The position numbers and the translations under genes are program-made. A DNA stretch of 64,000 nt from an uncultured delta proteobacterium (GTDB taxonomy: Bacteria > Myxococcota > Myxococcia > Myxococcales > Myxococcaceae), in NCBI GenBank assembly GCA_963776345.1, contig CAVZMH010000018.1, positions 133,704 through 197,703 of the forward strand. Reading direction: 5' to 3'. Below the pieces are notes generated by a model. That model searched no databases, was not told the origin of the DNA, and saw only the letters and a list, made by a program, of their open reading frames with translations. Shown here piece by piece: positions 19,081 to 31,559 of this stretch. The first letter of the stretch is position 1; each line of letters starts with the position of its first letter.

Positions 19081-21620
19081 GTGGAACGGGGAACTGGCCA
19101 GGACCCGGCCGCCGCCGGGCTGAGCACCGCGGAGGCGGCGGCCCGGCTCGTCCGCGAGGGGCCCAACGAGGTCGCGGTGCACGCGCGGGCCTCGGTGCTG
19201 CGCCAGGTCGTGGCCAGCTTCTCCAATCCACTCTTCGGCATCCTCCTCGTGGCGGCGGCGGCGTCGGCCGTGCTCGGCGAACGGGTGAACGCCGTCATCG
19301 TCGTGGCGATGGTGCTCCTCAGCGCGGCCGTCGACTTCGTCCAGTCGTTCCGCTCGGCGAGGGCCGTCGAGCGGCTCCGGGCGCAGGTGGCCCTGACCGC
19401 GAGCGTGCTGCGCGACGGGCGCTGGGTCGAGCTGCCCCGGCGCGAGCTGGTGGTCGGCGACGTCATCCGCCTGTCCGCAGGCGCCCTGGTGCCCGCGGAC
19501 GCCCGGCTGCTCGCTGCCAACGCGCTCCACGTCGTCGAGTCCGCGCTGACCGGCGAGTCGCTGCCGGTGGAGAAGGAGGTCGGGGCCGCGGGCGAGCCCG
19601 GCGGTGTCTCGGCCGGCAACGTCTACGCCGGCACCTCGGTTGCCAACGGCATGGCGGAGGCGGTGGTGGAGCACACCGGCGGCGGCACCCAGCTCGGGGC
19701 CATTGCCGCCCGGCTCGCCGAGCGCCCGCCCCAGACCGCCTTCGAGATCGGGATCCGCGACTTCGGCCTCTTCATCACCCGCACCGTCCTGTTCCTGGTG
19801 CTCTTCATCGGCGTGGTGAGCGTGGCGCTCCACCGGCCTCCCCTCGAGTCGCTGCTCTTCGCCGTGGCGCTGGCGGTGGGGCTGACCCCGGAGTTCCTGC
19901 CGATGATCAGCACCGTGACCCTCGCTCAGGGCGCGGTGCGGATGGCCCGCTCGAAGGTCATCGTCAAGCACCTCCCGGCCATCCAGAACCTCGGCAGCAT
20001 CGACGTCCTCTGCAGCGACAAGACCGGCACCCTCACCCGGGGTCAGATGGAGCTGGAGCGCTCGGTGGACGGTGCAGGGTCGCCGGCCCCGGGGCGCTGG
20101 GCCTCGCCCAGGTGAACAGCGCGCTGCAGACCGGACTCAAGAGCCCGCTCGACGACGCCATCCTCGCCGCACCGCACCCGGAGCCCGGGGAGTGGCAGCG
20201 GTGCGGCGAGGTGCCGTTCGACTTCGAGCGCCGGCGGGTGAGCGTGGCCGCCCAGCGCGCCGGCACGCTGGAGCTCATCTGCAAGGGCGCCCCGGACGGC
20301 GTCCTCTCCGCGTGCACGCGGTGGGAGACCCCGGGCGGGGTGCGACCGCTCGACGACGCCGCCCGCGCCCGGTGCCAGGAGACCGAGCGGGCGCTGGCCG
20401 GGCAGGGGCTCCGGGTCATCGCCGTGGCCTCGCGCACCCTGGGCCAGGAGGAGCCCTGCGGCCTCGACTCCGAGCGCGACCTCTGCCTCGCCGGCTTCCT
20501 CGCCTTCCTCGACCCGCCGCTCCCCGAGGTCGCCAAGACCATCGCCGGGCTCCGGCGGGACGGTGTGTCGGTGAAGATCCTCTCCGGCGACGACCCGCTG
20601 GTGGTCCGTCACGTCTGCGAGGCCGTCGGCATCGGAGGCAAGCGCGTGGTGCTCGGCGACGACCTCGACCGGCTGACCGACCCGGCGCTGGGGCAGGTGG
20701 CCGAGCACCACGCGGTGTTCGCCCGGGTGTCGCCGCAGCAGAAGACGCGCATCCTCCAGGCGCTGCGCCGGCGGGGACACGTGGTCGGCTTCCTCGGCGA
20801 CGGCATCAACGACGCGCCCTCGCTCCACACCGCCGACGTGGGCATCTCGGTGGCCTCCGCCGTGGACGTGGCCCGCGATGCGGCGGACATCGTGCTCCTC
20901 GAGCGCGGACTGGGCGTGCTTCATGCCGGCATCGTCGAGGGCCGGAAGTCCTTCGGGAACGTCATGAAGTACCTCCTGATGGGCACCAGCTCGAACTTCG
21001 GGAACATGCTGAGCATGGCGGTGGCGTCGCTCTTCCTGCCCTTCCTGCCGATGCTCCCGACCCAGATCCTCCTCAACAACTTCCTCTACGACCTGGCGCA
21101 GCTGACCATCCCCAGCGACGCGGTGGACGCGTCCTTCCTTGCCCGGCCCCAGCGCTGGGACATCCACGCCGTGCGGCGGTTCATGCTGGTGGTCGGTCCG
21201 GTGAGCTCGCTCTACGACTTCCTGACCTTCTGGATCCTCCTCGGCGTCTTCCACGCCTCGGAGCGGCTGTTCCACACCGGCTGGTTCGTCGAGTCGCTGG
21301 CCACGCAGGTGCTGGTGGTCTTCGTCATCCGCACCGCCGGGAACCCCTTCCGGAGCCGGCCGAGCCCGCTGCTCGCCGGGACCTCGCTGGCGGTGGTCGC
21401 GGTGGCGGCGGTGCTCCCCTGGACTCCGGCGGCCGAGGCGCTCGGGTTCGAGCCGCTCCCGGCGCCGTTCTTCCTCTTCCTCGCCGTCGCCACCGCCACG
21501 TACCTCCTGCGCGTCCAGTGGGTGAAGGGCCGCATCCTCCCCAGGTTCACCCCGCCGTCACCGCGGCGGGCGCGGCCGGCCGCTCCCGGTGGGCCTTCGC
21601 GCGCCAGACGAGCCGCCTAG
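19081..21620 (+). CDS. mgtA: Magnesium-translocating P-type ATPase; frameshift near 20090
   Basis: GLSTAEAAARL, ESALTGESLPVEK, AVGLTPEFLPMI, CSDKTGTLT phosphorylation motif, GDGINDAP, GTSSNFGNMLS, QILLNNFLYD, FHTGWFVESL. Confidence 0.88.
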
Positions 21621-22818
21621 CGACGCCCGCGGGGCGCCACCCGCGTCCCGTCCTCCAGCGCCTCGCCGGGGTAGAGCACCACCGTGTCCCCCTCGGCGAG
21701 CCCCGACTTCACCTCGGCCACCCGGGGGTTCCGGAGCCCGATGGTGACCGGGCGAAGCACCGCCCGACCGGCCTCCACCCGGAACACGCTCCACTGCTCG
21801 CCCTGGCGGAAGAGGGCGCCGAGCGGGACCAGCAGGGCGCGAGGCACGTCGGCGGTCACCACGTGCAGCTCCACCCGGAAGCCGTCTCCGAGGCCGCGCC
21901 GCTTCTCCGGCGAGTCCACCAGGTCGGCCACGACGTTCACCCGCTGCTCCTCGACGCCGAGCGCGGACACCTTGGTGAACGCGCTCGGCTCGACCCGCCG
22001 CACCCGGGCCTGCAGCGTTCCCTCCCCGCCCCAGCGATCGATGACCACCTCGGCGCCCGGGACGGATGGCCACCGCCTCGGTGGTCAGCACGTCGGCCAC
22101 GGCCTCCATCGCCCCGAGGTCGCCGAGCTCGAACAGCGGCGTCCCCGGCTGGACCACGGCCTCGCTCTCCTGGAGGACCCGCAGCACCACACCCTTCACC
22201 GGACAGGAGACCTCCCAGGCCTCCTCTGGCTGCCCGCGCCGTTCCTGGGTGCGCACCAGGGCGGCGCGGGCGGCGTCGCGCTCGTGCCGGGCGACGTCGC
22301 GGCCGCGCTCCGCCACCTCCACGTCGCGGGCCCTTGCCGGCGCGCTCGGTCTCGACCCGCTCCCTCGCCTCCTTGGAGATGCTCCCCGCCGTCCCGAGCT
22401 GCCGGGCCCGGGCGAGGTTGCGCTCCGCCTGGTCCGCTCGTTCCGGGCGAGCGCCAGCGCTGCCTCGGCCCTCCGCGCGGCGTCGTCCGCCGCCCGGGCC
22501 CGGGCCTGCACCTCGGAGCGGGTCCGGGCGTCGAGGAGCGGCGGGGCGACCGGGACGATGCGCGCCAGCGTCGCCTCGGGGACACAGGGATCTCCGGCGC
22601 GCACCGAGGGACGGAGGAGCGTGCCGCTCAGCGGCGAGGAGAGCACGTACCGGTCCCGCACCCGCACCCGCCCGTCCTCGTCCACCGTGACCCGGAGGGG
22701 TCCGAACGTCACCTTCTCCACCTCCACCGAGACCGAGCGCGGGCCGCAGCGCCAGGCAGAGCGCTCCCCCGACCACCACCACCGCCGCAGACACGCCGAT
22801 GACGGTTCGCCGCTTCAC
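21617..22818 (-). CDS. HlyD-family periplasmic adaptor of ABC exporter; several frameshifts
   Basis: VTVDEDGRVRVRDRYVLSSPLSG, CPVKGVVLRVLQESE, RVRRVEPSAFTKVSALGVEEQRVNV in successive frames. Confidence 0.8.
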
Positions 22819-22822
22819 GATG

Positions 22823-25194
22823 TCACTCCCGCGTCTTCAGGACCGCGATCAGGTCGAGCCTGCCGATGCGCCAGGTCACCGCCAGGGTGCTGAGCACCGC
22901 CGCGCCCACGATGAACAGCGAGGACTCGGCGATGGTCCGGGCGGTGGTGGGGATGGCGAAGCGGACCTCCTCGTTGCTGAAGATCGGCGCCAGCGCGGCG
23001 CCGATCAGCGCTCCGAGCAACGCGCCGAGGGGAAGGCCCGGCCAGCACCTCCACCGCCAGCCCGGAGAAGAGCAGGCGCGCCACCTCCCGGTGGCTGAAG
23101 CCGATGACGTGCAGGGTGGCCAGCTCGCGCGCGCGTTCGGAGAGGGTGATGCGCGCATCGTTGTAGACGATGGAGAAGGCCAGCGCTCCGGCGAAGCCGG
23201 CGAGGAACACCAGGTCCACCCACATCGTCCGGTTCATCATCTCCTGGAAGAGCGCGATCAGCGTCTTCTGCTGGATGGCGGAGGTGACCTTCGGCACTTC
23301 CTTGGTGCGCGCGAGGAAGCGCGAGACCTGCGCCTCGTCCATCTCCACCAGCGCCATGTCCGCCAGCGGCCGCTCCCCGAGCCACCGCGCGAGCGCGTCG
23401 TCGGCCATCGTCGCCCCGAATCCCACCGGCTCGTTCACCACTCCGGTCACCGGGATGAGGCCTGTCCGGCGATCTCCGGTCAGCAGCTGCACCTCCAGCG
23501 TGTCCCCGGCCTGCACGCGCAGTACCTCCGCCAGCTTGGCGGTCAGCACCATGCCGCCGGCGGGGAGGGGCCGGGTGGCCAGCTTCAGATTGACCAGACG
23601 CCGCAGTCGCGACGACGGTGAGCACGCCGCTCAGCGCCACGTCGCGGGAGCGGTGGCCGCTCCGGAGCCGCACCGGCGCCGCGCGCAGGACCTCCGCTCC
23701 GAGGACGCCCGGGAAGTCGCGCAGCTCGGAGAGCACCTCGTCTGCGCCCGTCGGAGACCGTCAGGCCGACCTTCACGTCCTCGCGCTGGGCGGCCGGCAT
23801 GGCCTGGAGCAGGAGCACGTCCATGGCGGCGAACATCGCCAGGTCACCACCACGATGGACAGGGCCAGCCCGAACGCCAGCGAGGAGAGAGCCGCGCGCC
23901 CGGGCTGGCGGGCCAGCTGCCGGAGCACGAACCGCCCGTTCACCCCGAGCAGCCGCCCCAGCCCCGCGCGCTCCAGCGCCGAGGGCCGGTACTCCGGCGG
24001 CGTGGGCGGGCGGAGAGCCTCCGCGGGAGGGATCGAGGTCGCCCGGCGGAGCGAGCCCCAGGCGCCGATGGCGGCGGCGCCGAGGCTGAGCGAGGTCACG
24101 AGCAGGACCTGTCCGGGCTCGAGCCGGTAGCGGAGGAGGGGAAAGCGGAAGTACTCGGTGTACAGCCCCGTCAGGAGCGTGCCGAAGTAGTCGCCGAGCA
24201 CCAGCCCACTGGCGAGCCCGATCAGGACGATGAGCCCCACCAGCTTCGCGTAGTGCAGCCCGATGGCCCCGTTGAAGTAGCCCACGGCCTTGAGCGCGGC
24301 GATCTGGTCTCTCTCGGTGTCCAGGAGGCGGGAGAAGACCAGATTGACCAGGAACGCCGAGACCAGCAGGAAGATGGCCGGGACGATGGTGGCCATCACC
24401 GCGAGCTGCCGGAACTCGTTGGTCACCAGCTTGTGCGAGACGTGGCGGTCGCGGCCGTACGCCCCCAGCGAGCCGTAGCGATCGAGCACCTGGTCTGCCT
24501 CGGCGATGACCGCCGGGGCGCTGGCGCCGGGCCCGAGCCGGAGCACCACGTCGTCGAACGCGCCACGCAGGTCGAAGGCCGAGGCCAGCCCCTCGCGCGG
24601 CATCCACACCACGCCGAAGCGCCGGTCGTCCGGGAACACCGTGCCTTCCTGCAGCTGGTAGACGTACTCGGGGCTGAGCGCCACGCCGGCGATCCGGAGC
24701 CGCTGCCGCCGCCCGTTGATGCGGGCCACCAGATCCATGCCCGGATGCCAGATGGTCGGCCTCGGCGAAGGCCTGGTTGACCAGCACCTCGTCGTCCCGT
24801 CCCGGGCTCGGGCCAGCGCCCCGCCTTGAGGTGCAGGCGGTTCAGCTGCGGCGGTCCCTGGTCGGGGATGGACACCAGTCGCGCGGTCGCCGGCTCGTCC
24901 AGCCCCGGAACGTCGATGGACACGTCGCGGACGATGCGCGTCTCCACCTGGCCCACGCCGGGGATGGCCCGCAGCCGGTCCGCCACCGGCTCGGGCGCGC
25001 GCTTGAGACGGGCGAACACGTCGGCGAAGCGGTAGCGGGTGTAGTAGTCGTCGAGCGCGGTCTGCAGCGCTGCGGTGGTCCCGGCCGAGCCGAGGAACAC
25101 CGCCGTCCCGCAGCAGATGACCAGGGCGATGGAGCCCCCCTTGCGACTTCAGCCGCCAGGCGTCCCGGAGGACCTTCCTGTCGAGCGGCTTCAC
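22823..25194 (-). CDS. ABC transporter permease (FtsX/MacB-like); multiple frameshifts
   Basis: [11 protein letters not shown]..., [49 protein letters not shown]-terminal [11 protein letters not shown]. Confidence 0.8.
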
Positions 25195-25949
25195 CAGCTC
25201 AGCTCCTCGGGCCGGGCCCGCCGCGCGTTCCGCGACTCGGAGGCCACCCGTCCATCGGCGAAGCGGAGCACCCGGTCGCCCAGCCCGGCGATCACCGCGT
25301 TGTGGGTGATGATCAGCGTGGTCCGTCCGAGCTCCTCGTTCACCCGGAGCAGCGCCGAGAGCACCACCCGGCCGGTCTCCTGGTCCAGCGCGCCGGTGGG
25401 CTCGTCGCAGAGCAGGAGGTCGGGCTGCTTGGCCACCGCCCGGGCGATGGCCACCCGCTGCTGCTCGCCTCCCGAGAGCTGGGCGGGGAAGTGGTCCATC
25501 CGCTCGCCCAGGCCCACCAGCTGCAGCGCCTCCTCGGGCGTCATCGGCTCCCGCGAGATGTCGGTCACCAGCTCCACGTTCTCCCGGGCGGTGAGGCTGG
25601 GGAGCACGTTGTAGAACTGGAAGACGAAGCCCACGTGGTCCCGGCGGTAGAGCGTGAGCTCGCGCTCCGTCGCCCGGGTGAGGTCCTCACCGCGGTAGAG
25701 CACCTGGCCCGAGGTGGCGCGGTCCAGCCCGCCGAGGATGTTGAGCAGCGTCGACTTGCCGCTGCCCGAGGGGCCGAGGATCACCACGAACTCGCCCTCG
25801 GTGAAGGTGAGGTCCACGCCCCGGAGCGCGTGCACCTGCACCTCGCCCATCGTGTACGTCTTCACCAGGGCGCGGGTCTCGAGCACCGGCGCGGGAACCG
25901 TCCCCGCCCGGACCTGGGCCTCTCCGGCGCTCGGTGCGGCGTGCTCCAC
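25191..25949 (-). CDS. ABC transporter ATP-binding protein (LolD/MacB-like)
   Basis: GPSGSGKST Walker [15 protein letters not shown] signature, [12 protein letters not shown]alker B. Confidence 0.93.
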   Translation of the reverse strand: MEHAAPSAGEAQVRAGTVPAPVLETRALVKTYTMGEVQVHALRGVDLTFTEGEFVVILGPSGSGKSTLLNILGGLDRATSGQVLYRGEDLTRATERELTLYRRDHVGFVFQFYNVLPSLTARENVELVTDISREPMTPEEALQLVGLGERMDHFPAQLSGGEQQRVAIARAVAKQPDLLLCDEPTGALDQETGRVVLSALLRVNEELGRTTLIITHNAVIAGLGDRVLRFADGRVASESRNARRARPEELSW

Positions 25950-25965
25950 GACATCTCACCCCGGT

Positions 25966-25981
25966 TGCGACAAGCGTGCCC
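25966..25981 (-). promoter_or_regulatory. Putative sigma-54 (-24/-12) promoter of the ABC exporter operon
   Basis: Minus strand GGGCACGCTTGTCGCA = GG-N10-GC with GGCACG, just upstream of the start. Confidence 0.55.
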
Positions 25982-26113
25982 GCGAGGGTACCCCGGCTCG
26001 ACGAGGCGCCTGGCGCAACCCCTGCGGAGCCCGATGGACGCTTCGTCGTCCCGGCGCAACTCCTGCGTCCATGCCTCCTCGCCTCCGCGCCGGGGACGTG
26101 CTACGGCGCGCGC

Positions 26114-26626
26114 ATGCCCATCCAGGTCGGACAGCGCGTTCCCGAGGGGACGCTGAGCGAGTTCATCGAGCAGGAGACGCCGGGCTGCGCGCTCGGCCCC
26201 AACACCTTCCAGGTCTCGAAGCTGGTGGCCGGCAAGCGCATCGTGGTGTTCGGGCTCCCGGGCGCCTTCACCCCGACCTGCTCGGCCAAGCACGTTCCCG
26301 GCTACCTCGCGCATGCCGCCGAGCTGCAATCACGCGGGGTGGACGAGATCTGGTGCGTCTCGGTCAACGACGCCTACGTCATGGGCGCCTGGGGCCGGGA
26401 CCAGAAGACCGACGGGAAGATCCGGATGCTCGCCGACGGGAGCGCGCTCTGGACCCGTGCGCTCGGCCTCGAGACGGACCTCACGCCCAAGGGGATGGGC
26501 GTCCGGTCCCAGCGCTACTCGATGCTGCTCGACGACGGGGTGGTGAAGTCGCTCCACGTCGAGGCGCCGGGCAAGTTCGAGGTCAGCGACGCGGACACCA
26601 TGCTCAGGGAGCTGAAGCGGCCGTGA
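26114..26626 (+). CDS. Peroxiredoxin, Prx5 family
   Basis: FGLPGAFTPTCSAKHVPGY, VSVNDAYVMGAW, GMGVRSQRYSML. Confidence 0.93.
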   Translation: MPIQVGQRVPEGTLSEFIEQETPGCALGPNTFQVSKLVAGKRIVVFGLPGAFTPTCSAKHVPGYLAHAAELQSRGVDEIWCVSVNDAYVMGAWGRDQKTDGKIRMLADGSALWTRALGLETDLTPKGMGVRSQRYSMLLDDGVVKSLHVEAPGKFEVSDADTMLRELKRP

Positions 26627-26809
26627 CCGGCGAGTCGCGCATCGGCAGCTTCGCCGGTGCCCGAGCTCCGCCGCGCCGGAGTCTGACCGCGACCGCATCG
26701 CGGAACCCTGGGGTGGAGAGCCCACCGCCAGCGAGGCCCGCGCCCATCAGCGGCGGCCCGAATCGTCGGCGTGCGCTGCAATTCTCCAGTCCGGGTCCGG
26801 CTTTCGCCT

Positions 26810-26825
26810 GGGCGTGCGACTTGCT
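26810..26825 (+). promoter_or_regulatory. Putative sigma-54 promoter of the dehydrogenase-cytochrome gene
   Basis: GGGCGTGCGACTTGCT = GG-N10-GC with TTGC, about 20 nt before ATG 26844. Confidence 0.45.
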
Positions 26826-26843
26826 CTCCTGTGGTGTGAATCC

Positions 26844-29780
26844 ATGCGCAGGCTCCTCCTCGCCGCTCTCGTGGCCTCGTTCCCGGCCGCGGCCCAGACG
26901 CTCACCCCCGGGGGACCGGCGGACACCTTCCAGGTCACGACGTACGTGTCCGGACTCGGGCAGCTGACCGACTTCCGCTTCCTCCCCGACGGGCGGGTGG
27001 TGATGACCGAGAAGACCGGCGCGGTGAAGGTCCGCCGGACCGACGGCACCGTGGTGACCGCCGGGAGCTTCACCGTCGACAGCTCGAGCGAGAAGGGCCT
27101 GCTCGGGGTCGAGGTGGATCCGCAGTTCGCGACCAACACCTTCCTCTACTTCTACGCCTCCGACGGGCCGAGCACCGCGAACAAGCACCGGGTGCTGAGA
27201 GTGGCCCTCAGCCCGAGCAACGCCCTGGCCTGCACCGGCTCCTGCAGCACCGCACAGGCGAGCGTGCTGGTCCTGCTTCAGAATCTCCAGGGGCCCGCCA
27301 ACCACGACGGCGGCGGCCTGGCCATCGGCCCGGACGGCAAGCTCTACGTGGGCGTCGGCGATACCGGGTGCAACTCCGGCCTGCCGCCGGGCCCGGGCAA
27401 CGTCACGAACTGGATCGGGACGTGCCTCACCACGGCGCAACGGCAAGGTGCTCCGCATCAACCTCGACGGGACGATTCCCACCGACAATCCGCTCGCCGC
27501 ACCCGGGACCACCGTGCCGGCATGCAATGGCTCCTGCGGCAGCGGCCCCGACGCGGGCACGCTCATCCCGAATCCCACGGACCGAGATCTGGGCCTGGGG
27601 CTTCCGCAACCCGTTCCGCTTCTCGTTCGACACGGTCGACCGGCCTCCTCTGGGTCGGGCGACGTCGGCGAGGTCAGCTACGAGGAGATCAACCTGGTGC
27701 GGAAGGGCCAGCACTACGGGTGGCCGTAGCGGGAGGGCACCTTCGGCTATCCCGGTGACCACCTGCGACAACCTCGGCCCGAACGGCGTGGGCACCGACT
27801 GCGTGGACCCGGCGTACTTCTGCGAGCACAACGGCGCGGCAGGCAACAACGACGGCAACTGCCAGAGCATCACCGGCGGCGTCTTCGTCGACAGCGCGAG
27901 CTGGCCCGCGCCGTACCGGGGCCGGTACTTCTTCGGCGACAACGCGAACGGCAACGTCTGGACGCTCACCCCCAACGCGGGCCGCGACGGCTTCGTCGCC
28001 ACGCCGCGGGCCGACTTCGGGACGGGGTTCGGCACCGTGGTCCGCTTCCTGGTGGGTCCGGACGGGCAGCTGTACGTGGCACGGCATCGAGGGCAGCATC
28101 CTGCGCATCGCACCTCGTTCGGGCGTCGACGCCGGAACCCCCGACGCCGGTGCTCCCGATGCCGGGCAGCCCGACGCAGGCGCTCCCGACGCCGGGCCGC
28201 GCGGAGACGCCGGCCAGCCCTTCGACGCCGGCCCGATTCCCTTCGGCGGCGGCACCCCGCCCGGGGGCCTCGCGGGCGGCGCCCCGTTCCAGGGACCCGA
28301 GACCTGCAGGCTCTGTCACGCCGGGGCGGCCGTCGACGCCGGGTCGCCGTACATGCCGTGGGACAGCTGGGCAGCGACGATGATGGCCAGCGCCATCCGG
28401 GACCCGCTGTACCAGGCGGCGCTGAGCGTCGCGAACCAGGACGTGCTGGGCATCGGCCAGTGGTGCCTGCGCTGTCACTCGCCCACCTCGTACGTGCAGG
28501 GCCACGGCGTCCCGACGGACGGGAGCGCGCTCGACGCCGTGGACCGCGCCGGCGTCAGCTGCGAGGCCTGCCACCGAACCCGGACCGACGCCGGGGTCAT
28601 CGGCAACGCCCAGCTCACCTTCGAGCCGAGCTTCACCGCGTTCGGACCGTACCCGAACGTGGACAGCCCCGCGCACACCGGAGTCCAGGACCCCGCGGTG
28701 AGCCAGAGCACCCTCTGCGGGCAGTGCCACGAGGTCCGCAACCCCGTGCTCAGGCGCGCCGGCACCCAGCGCCCGTTCCCGCTGGACACCACCTACTCGG
28801 AGTGGCTCGGCTCGGCGTACGCCAGCGGCGCGGGCGCGAAGAGCTGCCAGGCCTGTCACATGCTGCCCGAGCCGGGAGACCTCCCGGTGGCCAAGGGCGG
28901 CCCGCCGCGTCCGTCACCCAGCCGGCACGCCTTCGTTGGCGGGAACGTCTGGGGGCTCGATGCCGTCCGCGCCGCGGCGGCCCCGGGCGAGCTGGACGGG
29001 CTCGACGCTGCCTTCGCCGCCAGCCGCGCCGCGGCGCTGGACAACCTCGCCCGCGCCGCCCACGTCCAGGTGCTCCTCCCCGACGGCCCCATCCCCGTGG
29101 ACACGGAGGTGGAGCTGAAGGTCCGCGTCTTCAACCAGACGGGCCACAAGCTCCCCACCGGCTACGCCGACGGCCGCCGGGTCTTCATCGAGCTGCGCGT
29201 CGCGGGACAGGTGGTGAGCGGGGCGTACGACGGCGACGCCGGCGTGCTCCTGCCCGACCCGCAGCTCGCGGTCTTCGAGGCGGTGCACGGCCGGGCGGAC
29301 GGCGGCCTGGACCACCTCGCGCTCCACGACACCATCCTCAAGGACACCCGCATCGAGCCGCTTGGCTTCCTCCCCACCGAGGACACCGCCCCGGTGGGCA
29401 TCCAGTTCCTCCGCGAGGCCGACGGCGGGGCGATGGGCGCGGTGGACTGGACGTACCGGGTCCGCTTCCCCTCGACGCCAGACGGCGGGACGGCCACGGT
29501 GGAGGCCCGGCTGTTCCACCAGGCCACCACCCGCGAGTACGTCGAGGCGCTCGCCGCGGCCAACCTGACGGATGGGAAGGGCGATGCGCTCCACGCCATC
29601 TGGGAGGCGACGGGCCGTGCCGCCCCGGTGCTGATGACCTCCGCACAGGCCTCGACGCAGCTGACCCAGCCGGAGGTGAGCGGCGGGTGCGGCTGTCAGG
29701 CGACGACCGGGAGCGCGGCCGTTCTCCCGGCGCTGGCGCTGCTCCTGGGCTGGGTGGGGCGCCGGCGCCGGTTCCTCTAG
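26844..29780 (+). CDS. PQQ-dependent sugar (glucose/sorbosone) dehydrogenase domain fused to pentaheme cytochrome c with MYXO-CTERM anchor; frameshifted in the dehydrogenase part
   Basis: Signal peptide; EKGLLGV, NHDGGGLAIGPDGKLYVGVGD, WGFRNPFRFSFD, DVGEVSYEEIN, YGWP, SITGGVF, YFFGD; PDAG linker; CRLCH, CLRCH, CEACH, CGQCH, CQACH in one frame; GHKLPTGY; C-terminal GGCGCQ...LALLLGWVGRRRR. Confidence 0.75.
28125..28235 (+). repeat. Coding tandem (P)DAG linker repeats, roughly 15-nt period
   Basis: VDAGTPDAGAPDAGQPDAGAPDAGPRGDAGQPFDAG between the two domains. Confidence 0.8.
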
Positions 29781-30178
29781 CGCTTCGGAGGACGGTACAC
29801 GAATGCCTCGTCCTCGGTGTCGGCATCGGCGTCCTTGTGCGTCCGGTGGATGCGGCCGTCGATGTGGTTCGGCGGCGCGTACACCGTGTACACGCGCAGC
29901 GGCTCGCGCCCGTCGTTGATGAAGTTGTGGCGGGTGCCCGGCGTCACCACCACCACGTCCCCCGCCTTGACCCGCGACTCCTTCCCGTCGAGCAGCACCT
30001 TGGCGGTGCCGCTGAGGAAGAAGAGCGTCTGCTCGGTGTGCGGGTGCACTTCCTCACCGATGTCGTCGCCGGGTGGGATGGTCATCACCACCAGCTGCGA
30101 GTTTGCTCCGGTGAACTCCACCCGCCGGAAGTTCGGATTCTCCCGGGTACGCTCGAGGATGTTGGCCTGGAAGGACAT
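29777..30178 (-). CDS. Cupin domain protein
   Basis: SQLVVMTIPPGDDIGEEVH, GDVVVVTPGTRHNFIN, YTVYAPPNH. Confidence 0.9.
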   Translation of the reverse strand: MSFQANILERTRENPNFRRVEFTGANSQLVVMTIPPGDDIGEEVHPHTEQTLFFLSGTAKVLLDGKESRVKAGDVVVVTPGTRHNFINDGREPLRVYTVYAPPNHIDGRIHRTHKDADADTEDEAFVYRPPKR

Positions 30179-30229
30179 GCCCGTGCTCTTAACGCGGAAC
30201 GGGCCGGCGGCGCCCGGGTTCTCCTCTGG

Positions 30230-30592
30230 CTACTTCAGGCAGACCGCCTCGACGTTGTTCCCGTCGGGGTCGAGCAGGAAGGCCGCGTAGTACCTCGGGC
30301 CGTAGTCGGGGCGAGGACCCGGCGCGCCGTTGTCGCGGCCCCCCGCCTCGAGCCCCGCGGCATGGAATCGGTCGACGGCCTGCCGGTCCGGGGCGGTGAA
30401 CGCGAGGTGGGCGCTGGAGCCCCCCGGCTCGGCCACCCGCGAGAGCCACAGCGCGGGCGCGCCCGGCGGACCGAGCCCGGCGCCGTCCGCGTCGCGGGAG
30501 GCGAGCCGGTGGCCGAGTGGCGCGAGCGCGGCCTCGTAGAAGCGGATGCTGGCATCGAGCCGGGCCGTCCTCAGCCCGAGGTGGTCGAACAT
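30230..30592 (-). CDS. VOC (glyoxalase/bleomycin resistance) family protein
   Basis: MFDHLGL, HLAFTA, GGRDNGAPGPRPDYGPRYYAAFLLDPDGNNVEAV; GGAGG RBS. Confidence 0.92.
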   Translation of the reverse strand: MFDHLGLRTARLDASIRFYEAALAPLGHRLASRDADGAGLGPPGAPALWLSRVAEPGGSSAHLAFTAPDRQAVDRFHAAGLEAGGRDNGAPGPRPDYGPRYYAAFLLDPDGNNVEAVCLK

Positions 30593-30621
30593 GGCGGTGC
30601 TTCCTCCGTGAGAGTGGAGGC

Positions 30622-31482
30622 TCACCCTGCCCGGGACGGGGCCAGCCTCGCTTGGAGGAACTTGCGCTCGGCGCGCGCCATCCGGCGGAAGCGCCCGGGG
30701 GACACGCCCGCGGCGCGGCGGAAGGTGCGGACGAAGTGCGAGAGGTCCCCGAAGCCGACCTCGAACGCCACGTCCGTCACCGGGCGCGACGGGTCGGCCA
30801 GGAGCTTCGCGGCGCGCCGGAGCCGTGCGGCGACCAGGTACTGGTGCGGGGTCACCCCGAGCACCCGGGTGAAGACGCGGAGGAAGTGGAACGCGCTGAG
30901 CCCGGCGCTGCGCGCCAGGGCGTCGAGCCGCACCGGCTCGGCGGCGTTGGTCTCGACCCAGAGCGCCGTGTCCACCGCCCGGCGCCGGTCGACCAGCCTC
31001 GGCGCCCAGGCCGGCCGCGGAGAACGGCTGCGGCAGAGGAACCGGTCCACCAGGAGCAGCGCGGCCTCGTCCAGGGCGACGTCGGTGGCACCCTCGGCCG
31101 CCGCCTGGGCCAGCGCGGCCATCACTCCCAGCTCGGCGTCGGGGGCGAGGCCTCCGGTGCGCCACGACTCCGAGCGCGCGCCGCCGAGCTCGTCCACCAG
31201 CACAGGCGAGAGGTGGAAGGACAGGCAGGTGTCCCCCTGCCCGTGCTCGTGGGTGCAGGCGTAGACCTCGCCCGGTGCCCCGAGCAGGAAGCCGCCCGGC
31301 ACGAGCTGGTGCGCGCCGCGCTCGGTGCGGACGCCGAAGCTCCCCGTCGTGACGTAGGCCAGGACGAACGACCGGTGAACCTCAGGAGGGGCCGGGTCCT
31401 CCGGGCCCGCCGAGCAGCGGACGTCGAAGACCGAGAGATCGTCCCCGGTCAGGAGCGGCGTGGCCTGGAGGTGCATGCTCAT
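30622..31482 (-). CDS. AraC family transcriptional regulator
   Basis: [44 protein letters not shown]. Confidence 0.92.
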   Translation of the reverse strand: MSMHLQATPLLTGDDLSVFDVRCSAGPEDPAPPEVHRSFVLAYVTTGSFGVRTERGAHQLVPGGFLLGAPGEVYACTHEHGQGDTCLSFHLSPVLVDELGGARSESWRTGGLAPDAELGVMAALAQAAAEGATDVALDEAALLLVDRFLCRSRSPRPAWAPRLVDRRRAVDTALWVETNAAEPVRLDALARSAGLSAFHFLRVFTRVLGVTPHQYLVAARLRRAAKLLADPSRPVTDVAFEVGFGDLSHFVRTFRRAAGVSPGRFRRMARAERKFLQARLAPSRAG

Positions 31483-31559
31483 GGGCAGTCGCCGGAGCCT
31501 GACCGATGCCCCGGCATTGGTGCTTGAACAATCTTGCTCCCCCCACCATACAGTCAGGC

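Noticed and set aside
27727..27729. In-frame TAG in YGWP*REG as possible recoding (pyrrolysine or readthrough)
   Set aside because: It lies in an error-dense stretch, a single-base error explains it, and no pyl genes are present in the window.
27368..31264. 1298-aa ORF in the track
   Set aside because: Only short stretches belong to the frameshifted dehydrogenase; the rest is off-frame or antisense to the cytochrome, cupin, VOC and AraC genes.
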